From assembly GCF_006345805.1 (NCBI RefSeq), contig NC_043002.1, positions 39,432,001-39,496,000 of the forward strand: 64,000 bases of DNA, read 5' to 3'. Every line of letters starts with the position of its first letter. Positions within the stretch are counted from its first letter, which is position 1. The DNA is from Octopus sinensis (Eukaryota). A model generated the notes under the pieces. That model was not told the origin of the DNA. It saw nothing but the letters and a program-made list of their open reading frames with translations, and did not search any database. Shown piece by piece: positions 63,539 through 64,000 of this stretch. The translations under genes and the position numbers were made by a program.

Positions 63539-64000
63539 AAATACTTTGAAGATATGGAGAGTTGAGAAAACTGATAATAAATCAATGACAAAGGCTGTAA
63601 CAATGATTCTGATAATAAGAATATTCACAAATCTAATTTAGTAATTTTAGGTATATTTTTGTTTCTGTTTTTCCTTTACCTCATTTCTCTTTTTTTTCCC
63701 CCCCTTTCTTTGAAAATAGTTATATTCTCTAACAGTATCTCTTTGTGTTGTATATTGATTGACTATTGCTTGCTTAGTTTTGTGTGTGGTGTGCCAGGGA
63801 TGGGATGGGATGGGATGGAATGGGATGGGAGGGGAAAAGTTAGGTGATAAAGAGACGGCATGAAACAAATGAGAACAGCTGAGACATATTTCATGAGATA
63901 TAAAAAGACATGAGCCGAGAAGGGCTCTTCCACATGGTTTGCTTGTTTGACTTGTTTGAAATAGCAGCCAAATCTTCCATAACCCTTTCATTTCTACTAT

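Overview
AT-rich, microsatellite- and transposon-dense eukaryotic DNA. The repeat families (RTE LINE tails ending in (GAT)n, three tRNA-headed SINE families) suggest an Octopus-like cephalopod; this is inferred from recall, not searched. One complete protein-coding gene can be reconstructed: a six-exon CENP-M (kinetochore pseudo-GTPase) on the minus strand, 26894 to 6176, 175 aa, all introns GT-AG and in phase. Predicted protein: MASSPSNDILRLHSGAPLLNKVSVLILGEYGINKKKLAESLVSMSDKFPLLVRLTSNLPLEPTDPPRPRIDFICFVIDVTRKESLNCLQEAVKLIDAEYFLGKACLIVHQPDNHPKLSTIEIESIKDIAKMYNLIIIYGNIETRANHVSCQILRIVEISAGFKSNLQSIFLLALT. None of its short exons is called correctly by the supplied ORF track, which is mostly microsatellite and repeat noise. 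The rest is transposon fossils (RTE, CR1, an ORF1-bearing LINE derivative, mariner, piggyBac, Merlin/ISXO2, Helitrons, nested MITEs, Penelope-like pieces with minimal hammerhead motifs). I found no convincing multi-gene novel system. The best leads are GTPase-motif remnants in this CENP-M, an in-frame candidate cassette exon that would interrupt the G4-equivalent site, outward-facing splice donors suggesting a compact bidirectional promoter next to an inverted SINE pair, hammerhead-like motifs, and perfect fold-backs that may be artefacts. Exon, TSD, palindrome and Helitron coordinates were counted by hand; other repeat boundaries are approximate.
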